DNA of 63,178 nt, the filler included, from Pirum gemmata (Eukaryota), in assembly GCA_002812295.1 (NCBI GenBank). It is 21 parts of 21 records of this genome, joined end to end, with 100 filler letters (N's around TTAATTAATTAA, not from the genome) between each part and the next. Parts side by side here need not be neighbours in the genome. Positions count along the whole stretch, not along the records: positions 48,378 to 51,274 come from PDIN01004257.1; positions 51,375 to 54,270 come from PDIN01004258.1; positions 54,371 to 57,250 come from PDIN01004259.1; positions 57,351 to 60,182 come from PDIN01004260.1; positions 60,283 to 63,178 come from PDIN01004261.1; 16 more parts are not named here. The stretch is one strand, 5' to 3'. Of the stretch, positions 49,840-60,392 are shown one piece after another (position 1 is the stretch's first letter; each line of letters opens with the position of its first letter). The notes beneath the pieces were generated by a model. The model saw only the letters and a list, made by a program, of their open reading frames with translations. It was not told the DNA's origin and did no database searches. The translations under genes and the position numbers were made by a program.

Positions 49840-50800
49840 TACCCTTATACCAAATAAGTTACTTCAACCCCTACAACAAAAAATCACAACCTTTTTTACC
49901 AACAACCAATTCACACAAAACAATATCAAAACACCCAAAAACAAAGGAGGGGACAACATGATCAATTTCTTAACAAGGAGAAACGCCAACCTTATTAAAA
50001 AATTAGGGTTAGCACAACATTATTAACAACACAAACAACAATAAATTATTACCAACATGATTAATTCACACAATAGAAACCCTACAAAACATGATCACAA
50101 TACAAAACAACACAGAACGATTATTAAATCTAGAAAAACATTAATAGAAATATACTCAAAGTCCAAACCAATAATAATCCCTCCAAATAGTTGGAATCTA
50201 CAAATGATTATGACAAACAGTAGTATAAAGTATATAGAAAAAAACCTCAAAAACAAAAACCTTTAATGATACCAACCTAAACAACCTTTGGAATGTAGAA
50301 CAAAATGAATGGGAAGAGATAATTAAAAATAAAAGAATCAATACAAAAAACTACCAAAAATTCTAAAAAGTCACATATGGATATTAATACTAACCCAAAG
50401 AAAACCAACAAGACAGTGGACGTGGAAAACCAACCTTTTCAAAGTCAATACTGTTCCAAAGAATTTCCACCGGAAGTCAAACAAAAAATCTTTTAACATA
50501 GCTGTAGACAAACCTGTGAGACTAGACTGGAATGGATAACCTACATCAAAAAAATATTACATATTGACCAGAATATAGACGACAACTCCAACAATATCCA
50601 CAACAACGACTACAACGGTATAATACTAGGAACAAAGTTTAAAAACCAATATTTCTACAACAAAAAAACAATACAATTACTCATCATAGACTACATATGG
50701 TGGTGTCATTACGAAAACTAGAACAATTAAAAACCAACTGACAATCAAATCGTTAACTTATACCAAAGTATTATGAAACAAAATCAATAAATTGCAACTT
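49840..50800 (+). mobile_element. Highly degenerate L1/Tx1-like LINE ORF2 3' fragment
   Basis: A-rich sense strand; broken frames give KTPKNKGG.NMINF..R..A.L.K (post-RT PK..GG motif) and a C-terminal IIDYIWW..YE. Confidence 0.5.
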
Positions 50801-51509
50801 TAATTTTAACTATACAACTGTATTGATAAAGGAAAACAGGAACTTCTCGAAACTTCTAGGTTTAGACTACTACTAGAGGTATGATAAAACCAAAAAAAAA
50901 AGCCTAGACTAGAAAAAAGCAGGTTTGTTTCTTATCGTAATCTCAATTAAGTAAAAAATGCCAAATTAATTATTATTTATTAAATAATGGATACAATTTA
51001 CACTATTTGATCAGTTTTATATATAACATTTTGCAATAAAAAATATCGATTTTATTTTACGTCATGTCAATATCTGGATAAATCATACTAATAGTCTAAA
51101 TAAATCAATCAATGTTCATGCATGCATTGGTTCAAGATAATCATTATGATAATAATGATAATAATATTATGATAATAATAAAAAAATAGCTATAAAAAAC
51201 AATTTGTGAATTTATCATTGTCGATCTATTATGATAGTTGAATACTATCATAATTTATAATAATAATAATAATANNNNNNNNNNNNNNNNNNNNNNNNNN
51301 NNNNNNNNNNNNNNNNNNTTAATTAATTAANNNNNNNNNNNNNNNNNNNNNNNNNNNNNNNNNNNNNNNNNNNNTTTTTTTTTTTTTTTTTTCTGGAAAA
51401 AAAAAAAAAAAAATTAAAAACAAAACCAAAAACAAAAACAAAACAAAGCAAATGAGTAATTGTATTATTCAATTGAAAAAAAAATAATAATAAACAAATT
51501 TAAAATAAA

Positions 51510-51546
<37 letters not shown>

Positions 51547-51702
51547 AAAAAAAAAAAATATAAAAAAAAAAAAAAAAAAAAAAACACGTAAACAAAAAAC
51601 AGAAATTGTATTACTTTTTAATTAAAGAACACACACACCCACAACACTCACAACAATATTAGTCAAACAAAAACAGTAATTGTATTACTTTTTAATCAAT
51701 TG

Positions 51703-51750
<48 letters not shown>

Positions 51751-51761
51751 CAATATCAATC

Positions 51762-53114
51762 ATGTTTTCCCAATTGCAAGTAACTTTCCTTATTTTAACA
51801 ACCAATTTTTTCCTTATTGCCAATGGTCATGGATTGATGAGTTTAATCCATAAGGACGTATGGCCCAACTCATTTCCAATATGGGCTGAAAAAGCTAAAA
51901 ATGCAGCAGGCCCTGGTGATTTTCGCGATACATACATGTGGAAAGGTGACGGCCTCAATGGAATCTACCGCGATAGGGCTGGTTTTGTCAGGGACTTCAA
52001 AAACTCGGCCGCTAAAGGTAACTTAAAGACGATGTTGTCATGGAAACCCAAAGGTGATTTCTACGAGAAGAAAGTTGATTATGATAAACAACGTGCACCA
52101 AGTGAAGGTATTATGTGGAATTGGCTTCAACCTGATCATTACGGTCCTTGTCAGATTTGGGTTACTTATGAAGATAAGAAAGAGGAGATGGTATTTAGTG
52201 ATGATGATTGCACTAGTAGATTTAATCCTGCTGGTCAGCAAGATGGGAAAACTAGGGGTGGATTTGTACCAACTGGGGATTTAACTAAGAAGTGTTCGCA
52301 AAAGGGTTGTTGGTTAAATTTCTACTGGTTTGTATTTGGAATTGGCGATGGACCTGCGTGGGATGAAGTACAATATTACCACAACGCGGCTTTGTTAACG
52401 GGTGATCATGTTGGGGTGCCCATTTTAGCGCAGGAACAAGATGAAATGACCAATGATATGAACCAATTAAAACAATTGAGTGAAAATAGTGGTGTAGTGT
52501 ATAAGTACTATGAATTTAATTATTGTAATGATGGTCATAATGGTAATGTGGAGGAAAACCATCCTAATACTCCTCACGTTAATTGCCAAAGAATGTGCGA
52601 TGCTAGAAAAGACTGTGTAGCTTATGAATTTAGCAAAAGGCATCCTGCTGGTGATAACTTTTGCCAATTGTCTTTGAACTCCTCCCCTAATGCACAACCA
52701 CCTCTGCCACAAGATCATGATGAGCCTCGTATGTATCAATCCTACTGTGCTCAAAAACAAAAACCGATAACTCCGCCGGTATCTAATTCACCTAAACCTA
52801 ATGACGATAATGATAAAAATACTCCTCCAATTAATGGTGATAAGAGTAAGGCAGTAAAGATTTATAGTAATTGTAACTATGTTGCTGGCACTGGTGTAGA
52901 ATTAGCGCTTGGTTCTTACACTGAAAAACAAATGAAAGACTTGGATGTAGCATTAAAAGGATTAATAGTACCCGCTAATCATGTGGTTATCTTGTTTCAG
53001 GAAGATGACTTTAAGGGGAAGTATTCAGTTGCTCTAAGTGATGTATGCTATGCTGAGGATGTTATTGCAAAGGGTACAATCAAATCCATTGTTGTTTCTT
53101 CGACTGGATTATAA
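51762..53114 (+). CDS. Secreted AA17-like lytic polysaccharide monooxygenase + PAN/Apple + beta/gamma-crystallin-like domain (450 aa, intronless)
   Basis: Signal peptide ends IANG|HGLMS (N-terminal His23). H126 lies in HYGPCQIW, followed by VF..DC, C....CWLNFYW and QYY (Q204-x-Y206). PAN: CQRMCDARKDCVAYEF...CQL. Crystallin-like: VKIYSNCNY..G...L..GSY...L.VP....VILF..DDFKG...IKSIVV. Confidence 0.75.
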   Translation: MFSQLQVTFLILTTNFFLIANGHGLMSLIHKDVWPNSFPIWAEKAKNAAGPGDFRDTYMWKGDGLNGIYRDRAGFVRDFKNSAAKGNLKTMLSWKPKGDFYEKKVDYDKQRAPSEGIMWNWLQPDHYGPCQIWVTYEDKKEEMVFSDDDCTSRFNPAGQQDGKTRGGFVPTGDLTKKCSQKGCWLNFYWFVFGIGDGPAWDEVQYYHNAALLTGDHVGVPILAQEQDEMTNDMNQLKQLSENSGVVYKYYEFNYCNDGHNGNVEENHPNTPHVNCQRMCDARKDCVAYEFSKRHPAGDNFCQLSLNSSPNAQPPLPQDHDEPRMYQSYCAQKQKPITPPVSNSPKPNDDNDKNTPPINGDKSKAVKIYSNCNYVAGTGVELALGSYTEKQMKDLDVALKGLIVPANHVVILFQEDDFKGKYSVALSDVCYAEDVIAKGTIKSIVVSSTGL

Positions 53115-53159
53115 ATATAATGATGATAATATTATTATAATATTATGATAGTAGTATTA

Positions 53160-53616
53160 ATGATAAATGATAAATAATAAATAATAAATGATAAATGATA
53201 AATGATAAATGATAAATGATAAATGATAGAATTATGATATTATGATATAAATAATAAATTATAATTATTTATAAATAATAAATGATAAATGATAAATGAT
53301 AAATGATAAATGATAAATGATAAATGATATAGTATGATAATAAATGATGGTATAAAATAAATAATCATATACTTAAGCTTACTATAAATAGTATTAATAA
53401 AGCACAGTAACTAATGCAATCACAGTGAACAGTGAAGACAAATAACAACAAAGCATGTCTGTTAAGTAATATAAATGATAAATGATAATGATAAATGATA
53501 AATGATAATGATAAATGATAAATGATTAAATTAATGATAAATGATAAATGATAAATGTTGAACACAACGATCCACACAGAGCAACCCCGAAAGCGCAACA
53601 CCGAAGCAAGCGAAAG

Positions 53617-53668
<52 letters not shown>

Positions 53669-53920
53669 GCGCTGTGTGGATCGTTTTGTTCAACAATAAA
53701 TGATAAATGATAAATGAAAAATGAAAAATGATAAAGGATAATGGATAAAGGATAAAGGATAAAGGATAAATGATAAATGACAAATGATAAATAATAAATG
53801 ATCATGATAAATGATAAATGACAGTATAAAATAAATAATCATATTATACTTACTATAAATAGTAAAGAACAGTAAGTAAAGCAATCACAGTGAATAATAG
53901 GACAACAAAGTATGTCTGTA
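53160..53920 (+). repeat. (GATAAAT)n heptamer arrays, (GTT)n and a ~100-bp direct duplication (53351-53462 / 53825-53920)
   Basis: Read directly from the sequence. Confidence 0.85.
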
Positions 53921-54165
53921 CTATATTATCTCAGTCAAAATTAAAAAAACAATTCTTAAGATTTACTTCATTTCTGAACTATTTATATAAAAAAAACCAA
54001 AATTAATTAACCACAATGTTAACTGTGTAACAATAAAGCTTTATTATTAGCAATTTATAAATACAACTACAACTGAAAACTCTCTAAAGCAATTAATATT
54101 ATTAACCCTTAATTAGTGCACTTATTTTTACCTCAGCTATGTCAAACTCTAAACTATTATTATTC

Positions 54166-54211
<46 letters not shown>

Positions 54212-54378
54212 CATTAGTATTATTATCATTATTATTATTATTATTCTTAAGCTTATTATTAATATAATTANNNNNNNNNNNNNNNNNNNNNNNNNNNNNN
54301 NNNNNNNNNNNNNNTTAATTAATTAANNNNNNNNNNNNNNNNNNNNNNNNNNNNNNNNNNNNNNNNNNNNTTGTTGTT

Positions 54379-54413
<35 letters not shown>

Positions 54414-54569
54414 AGGTTTGAAGGTAAAAGTTGGTGGGCTTGTAGCTGTGATAGGGGGGAGGGGGTTTGGGGTGTTAAAGTGTGCGTTAGATGTTGTTGC
54501 TGATTGTCTTGCTGTTGTTGTTGTTGTTGTTGCTGTTGTTGCTGTTGTTGCTGCTGTTGTTGTTGTTGC

Positions 54570-54650
<81 letters not shown>

Positions 54651-55391
54651 GATATTAAATAAAAAAATATAAAAAATAAAATAAAATAAATAAATAAAAA
54701 ATAAAAACAAAATAAAATAAAAAGGTGTCAAAATTTAAAAAAATATTGATAAAATAAAAATTATCAAGGACAATAATCTACAATAATAGACTACGGTCAC
54801 GGTGTGCATAGTTCTAACTATAGTTCTACAAATTACAATCAGAAATAATTTTATTTGCGGCCATCAGATACTACTACTACTATCGATATCGATAGTAACT
54901 AGTCTACTTAGACAGTACTTAGACTCTACTTAGAGTCTACTACTACCAGGTATTACAGTAGAACCGGTCTATTACAGCCTACAGACCATAGACTGACTAT
55001 TCTGATACGTATTAAATTTTAAATAGTGGACTTTGTCAACTGACAACTACCTTGGCGGGTAGACTATCAGATGGCTAGTATCAGATGGTATCAATGCTGG
55101 ACTACCAGGACAATAGTGGAAGTTACCGTATTGGGACAATCACAAGTATCGTGAAAAGGAAGCCTCCAAATATTTATTTGGTTGGTTATGATATTTAAAT
55201 ACTATTTAAATTGACTTTTTTAAATGAATAAATAGATAATAAAATATACAAATTTAAATGAAATGGATTTATATTGTATTAATTTGGTACTAATAGTAGT
55301 GTAGACGGAGACGCACGCAAGAATAATAATAATAATAAACAGATTAAATTTAAATAGATTCATAGCTTTTATTATTATGTGTAAGTATAAA

Positions 55392-55588
55392 CATGAAACC
55401 TACCCCATGATATAAGGAATCATCCATAAAGGACGCCACCTAATCTTACCTATGCTTCTTTGTCCAAAACACTTTTGGTCATAATAATTAATTACTGCCT
55501 AAATCAGTTTAAGTCACACTTTCGAGCAATGACTTATAATATAACAAAGAATAAGTGACGTCCTTTATGCATGTGGGTAGGTCTCATG
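55392..55588. mobile_element. ~197-bp MITE-like element with inverted termini
   Basis: catgaaacctaccc...cataaaggacgccacctaatctt versus the reverse complement of aagaataagtgacgtcctttatgcatgtgggtaggtctcatg. Confidence 0.6.
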
Positions 55589-56160
55589 GTTTTTCAATAG
55601 TGTTGTCCAGTTCAAAAAATGAAATAAACGTATTAATACCACATTATTATTATTATGTTTAAATTATCAGACATGTTTTAATTAATTTGGTATTTTATAC
55701 TTAATTTTTTATTTTATAAACAAGTTTAATTGTACTTATTAATAAAATACCAAATTAAAGATTGAGAGAACAACTGTAATGAAATAAATGATATGATATT
55801 AATACAATGCCATAATATTATAGGAACACATGTATTTCTACAAAAAAAAAAAAATAATATTACTACCGATCGACTACAACGCCATAATATAATAATAAGA
55901 ACAAAAGTTACAAACCAATATTTCTATTAATACAACAAAAGAACAATACAGTTAACGTTGCTAATCATATTGCATTATTATTTATTATGAGAAGTACAAC
56001 AAGTTAAAACCGAAAGGCAATCAAATCATTAAATTATACAAAAGTATTTTAATACTATGAAAAAAGTCAACAAACTACAACAACTCAATACAATTAACTA
56101 TATAACTGTTAATCGCAGAAAAAGGAAGACAAGACTTTTTAGACAAGACTTTTTTTTTAA

Positions 56161-56349
56161 CCCATGCCGGATAAAATTGCAAAATCCTTTATGAAATTTC
56201 AGAAATACTACTACACTAAACTAAAAAAGCTCTATTATGAACCAATGGCCAGTTTTTAATAATAATTTGGCTAGTTAGCATTTAAAAAAAAGGTTTTCTA
56301 AAGAAACGAAGTCTAAAAAAAAAAGATGATTTCTCTAGTTTTATCTGGC
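56161..56349 (-). mobile_element. piggyBac-like MITE family copy 4
   Basis: TTAA|CCCATGCCGGATAAAA...ctctattatgaaccaatggc.agttttt...aatttggctagtt...TTTTATCTGGC. Confidence 0.7.
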
Positions 56350-56750
56350 AAAATTCTCTTTCTATGATAATTACTACTAGGATAATATTGTACATGTGCC
56401 TTTCAGTTAATTTGTCACTCCGAATATTTATTTGGTTGTTTATAATATTTAAAATGATACTTTTAAATAATAAATGTATGATAAAATATACCAAATTAAA
56501 TGAAATAGATTTGTATTGTATTAATTTGGCACTATTTATTGTATATTTTATGACAACAAAATAACTGAAAAGCACGATAATTATTATCATAAAATAATAA
56601 TAATAACAATAAAACTGAACAAGTAGTAGGGTTGGCTATTAAGTTGGCTATCATACCCAAACACTACGTATATGCAAACACTAAGGCCCTAAACAAAAGA
56701 CACAATAAACTTTTATAAAAACTTAATTAAATCAATACACCTAACTTATT

Positions 56751-57250
56751 TTATTTTTCAGTTAAAGATTGCTCGTAAATCAAAGCTTCTCTACGTCGTT
56801 CCCATTGTTGTTCTTCAGTCAGTAGATCCTCATCACTATCATCATCATCCACATCATCATCATCATTACCATCATCATGATCGTAAATTTTATTATAACA
56901 GACGTTTCCATTATTCTTAATACTGGTATGTTGGTAGTTACGATTATCATTTTCTTTATTTACAATATCCACTCGTCTCATTGTCAAACTATACCGTACC
57001 CCTAGCTCAAGCGGAGAAGTAATATTAGTTTTATTGCTCTCGATATTATGAACATAATTATGGTTATTGTTACTCTTTTCATTATGATTATTATTCCTTA
57101 TTTCCTTACTATTGCTAAAATTGTTACTATTTTTGCTATAACTATTATTATTATTATCATTATTACCATTACTATTACTATTACTATTACTATTACTATT
57201 ACTATTACTATTACTATTACTATTACTTTTACTATTACTATTGTTATTAC
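56751..57250 (-). CDS. 3' end of a hypothetical protein with (SN)n and Asp-rich tracts, 5'-partial
   Basis: The frame appears open from the contig edge through the (AGTAAT)n tract to ...TSPLELGYGIVLTMRRV...EEQQWERRREALIYEQSLTEK*. No family recognised. Confidence 0.5.
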
Positions 57251-57459
57251 NNNNNNNNNNNNNNNNNNNNNNNNNNNNNNNNNNNNNNNNNNNNTTAATT
57301 AATTAANNNNNNNNNNNNNNNNNNNNNNNNNNNNNNNNNNNNNNNNNNNNTATAATAATAATAATAATATAAAATATGGTTGGTGTTGGTAATCGTTTTA
57401 TTTATCTACATATCATTATTCATATATACAATATTACTGATCTGTTTTGAGTTATTATT

Positions 57460-57934
57460 TTATGTTTTTTGTTTCCCTTCCAATTCTTCTTTCCGTTTGG
57501 CTTCCTTTTCTTTCTTAGACTTATTTAAAGCGTACAACTCTCTTCTTCGACGGTTCTTTTCAAATCTTTTAACCGGGTGGGTAAATTTCAAACCACAAGC
57601 ATTACATAAAGTTATATTTCCAGTTGGGCCACGCCTCCATTGAGGGGTGTTTGTTGTACCACAATCATTACATTGTCTTGGAGTTTCAGGGGCATGATCC
57701 AATGTTCCACCAACCCCGTTACCATCCATAGTTTCAAATTTATAAGGACTATATTTATAAACGTTGTAATTATTTGTTGGGATGGGACTATGAGAAGCTG
57801 GAAAAGGAGAACGGTTTACAACGTGGGTTTTCTCATGAGGATAATAGCTATTATTCTGGTTATACATGTTAGGTTTACTGTGCTGTTGAGGTGGATGGGT
57901 ACCAAAGCTTAATGAAGGGCTAGTGACAGGTTGA

Positions 57935-57965
<31 letters not shown>

Positions 57966-58084
57966 GATGATGTTGTTGATGTTGTTGTTGTTGATGTTGG
58001 TATCTGTATTGAGGTTGATGGTATGTGGTATTGTAACCGTAGTCGTTTTTGTATTCAAATTTCCTTGGGTCAATTTCTCTTGGC

Positions 58085-58125
<41 letters not shown>

Positions 58126-58815
58126 TTCTTGTTGTCGTTCGAATCTTGAATATTCGTAATTGTTATATGATTTAGGATGTTGTTGTTTATTTTCTGATCG
58201 AAGGTTGAGGAGACCGAATTGTAATTCTGTAGTATTAGATTTTTCATCAGCAGTTAGGTTACTATTGCTACTATCATGGTATTTTGCTTCACTGTATTCG
58301 TTTATTATTTGAACTACCCCATTGTTTTTACGCAAAATAGCTAAATCTTTCGGTGTCTTTTTCGAACTAGTGAAAACAGCAGTTTCAGCGTTATGTTCTA
58401 GTAAAAGAGAAGCTATTTCAACATGCCCAGTAGCTGCTGCCCAATGCAAAGGAGTCCATGACTTGGCGTCAGTACAATTAACATTTATTTTGATACCGTC
58501 ATTATTGTTTTTATTTATATCAAGTAGCAACCCAACTATTTTTTCATTGCCCGATTTCACTGCAGTTATTAAAGCAAGGTCTAGTGTCTTTTGGTGTAAC
58601 AAAACTGCATCTCGACTAGATAGAATAGATATTATTTTTTCAGTTTCTCCGTGTAAAATACCATGAACTATCATATCGTTCAGTTCATCTTCACTCATAC
58701 TTGGTGGTCTATTTTGATTATAACCATGATTATTATTACTCTGTAACGCTACTGTGTTCATTAGATTTCCTGTTTGATGATGATATTTGTTGGTACCCAT
58801 ATAAGTGGCAGACAT
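57460..58815 (-). CDS. Ankyrin-repeat + GATA zinc-finger transcription factor (451 aa, intronless)
   Basis: Ankyrin: [45 protein letters not shown]. Poly-T and poly-Q linker. CNDC-X18-CNAC with TPQWRRGP, then a basic tail. Confidence 0.93.
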
Positions 58816-60109
58816 TATTAAAAGACTATAAGATATTTTAGTGAACTGTGATCTGAATTTGAATTAGTGAATGTTTTACAGCAAAACTGAATATAAATAT
58901 GAATATAACTAAAAATAAATCTAACTATAAATGTTAATACCACTGTAAATATAAAATATAACTATAAATATATTACAAATATAAATATAAATACAATTAT
59001 ATCTATCTATCTATCTATCTATATATATACCCTATATATATATAGTTATAATAAATTAATAAAAATTGTTGATTTTGTACTTTATTTAGTACACGAGACT
59101 GTTTTCTTAACAACAAAAAAAGAAGACTTTAGTTTTTTTTTAGTTTTCAGGTCTGGTGAACAAATCTTTTTAAAAATGAATTGTATTTATAGTATTTTTT
59201 TAACATATTATTATTTTTTTATCGTAATTTTTTTTTTTTTCTTGTTTTTTTTTTTATTGAAAACGGTTCGGTTCGGTTTGATTTATTTCTATATTATATC
59301 GAATTGTAAAGTTCAGATCGAATTATTAAAATACAAAGTGACGTAATAAGTTACATTCTCTTCTTTAAACTAACTACACTCAATAAACAAAGAGAGACTA
59401 AAACAAAGAGAGAGGGTTACAAAGGTATTTTTCGAAAGTATTTTTAAAAACGAGCTCTTGTTCGATTAAAGTTTTCAACGACGGCTTGATACCAGTTAGT
59501 AGCTGATAAACTTGTTGGACTAGCCTGTTCTAAGCGAGTGATGGTGCTGTTAATAGGTGCCAGCTAGCCTAGGTAAACTCACAATCAGTACAATCGGTGG
59601 AAGAAAAAAAAAAAAAAAAAAAATTGTGGTTTTTTTGAACAGTAAAATTTCGTTTTTTTGGTTCGTAATCCTTAAAGGTGTGACGGAGATATGACAGTAT
59701 TGGGATTAGGGAACTGGTACTGTTTAATTGTATATTGAACTTTTTTAACAAGGTGAAAAAAGGCGGGTGAAGGTATAGGAGAGGTATTATATAGGAAACG
59801 GAAGAGTAAAAAATGAATTCTGGGTTGTCACTTTTCCGGAAGGTTCCATAGGGAAAGGTTCTGTTGTTTTTCAATAGTGTTCAAAAACTGAAATAAAACA
59901 TACCAAATTATTATTATGGTTAAGCTATCTGGCATGTTTTAATTAATTTGGTATTTTATAAATAATATTGTATTTTATAAATAAGTTCAATTATACATGT
60001 AAACGGTATCAAATTAAAGATTAACTAGCTATTAAAGTTTGAGAAATTTTGGCAGGAAATTTTGGCAAATTTGGGTGAGTGTAAAAATTGATGGACTTTA
60101 TCATTGGTC

Positions 60110-60182
<73 letters not shown>

Positions 60183-60311
60183 NNNNNNNNNNNNNNNNNN
60201 NNNNNNNNNNNNNNNNNNNNNNNNNNTTAATTAATTAANNNNNNNNNNNNNNNNNNNNNNNNNNNNNNNNNNNNNNNNNNNNTATTATTATTCTTATTTA
60301 TTCTTATTATA

Positions 60312-60348
<37 letters not shown>

Positions 60349-60392
60349 TTATTGATATTGATGATGATGTTGTTGTTGTTTGTTTGTTTTAG

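Larger units (their letters stand above)
2901..60282. other. 20 artificial contig-joining linkers (N44-TTAATTAATTAA-N44, stop codons in all six frames); the window is 21 unrelated contigs
   Basis: Identical 100-nt linkers at 2901-3000, 5885-5984, 8866-8965, 11831-11930, 14831-14930, 17832-17931, 20832-20931, 23807-23906, 27490-27589, 30466-30565, 33467-33566, 36379-36478, 39295-39394, 42299-42398, 45306-45405, 48278-48377, 51275-51374, 54271-54370, 57251-57350, 60183-60282. Contigs are about 2.8-2.9 kb (one is 3.6 kb). Confidence 0.98.

Noticed and set aside
53160..53330. (GATAAAT)n as binding sites for the ankyrin-GATA protein
   Set aside because: It is a simple repeat on a different contig, and nothing links the two.
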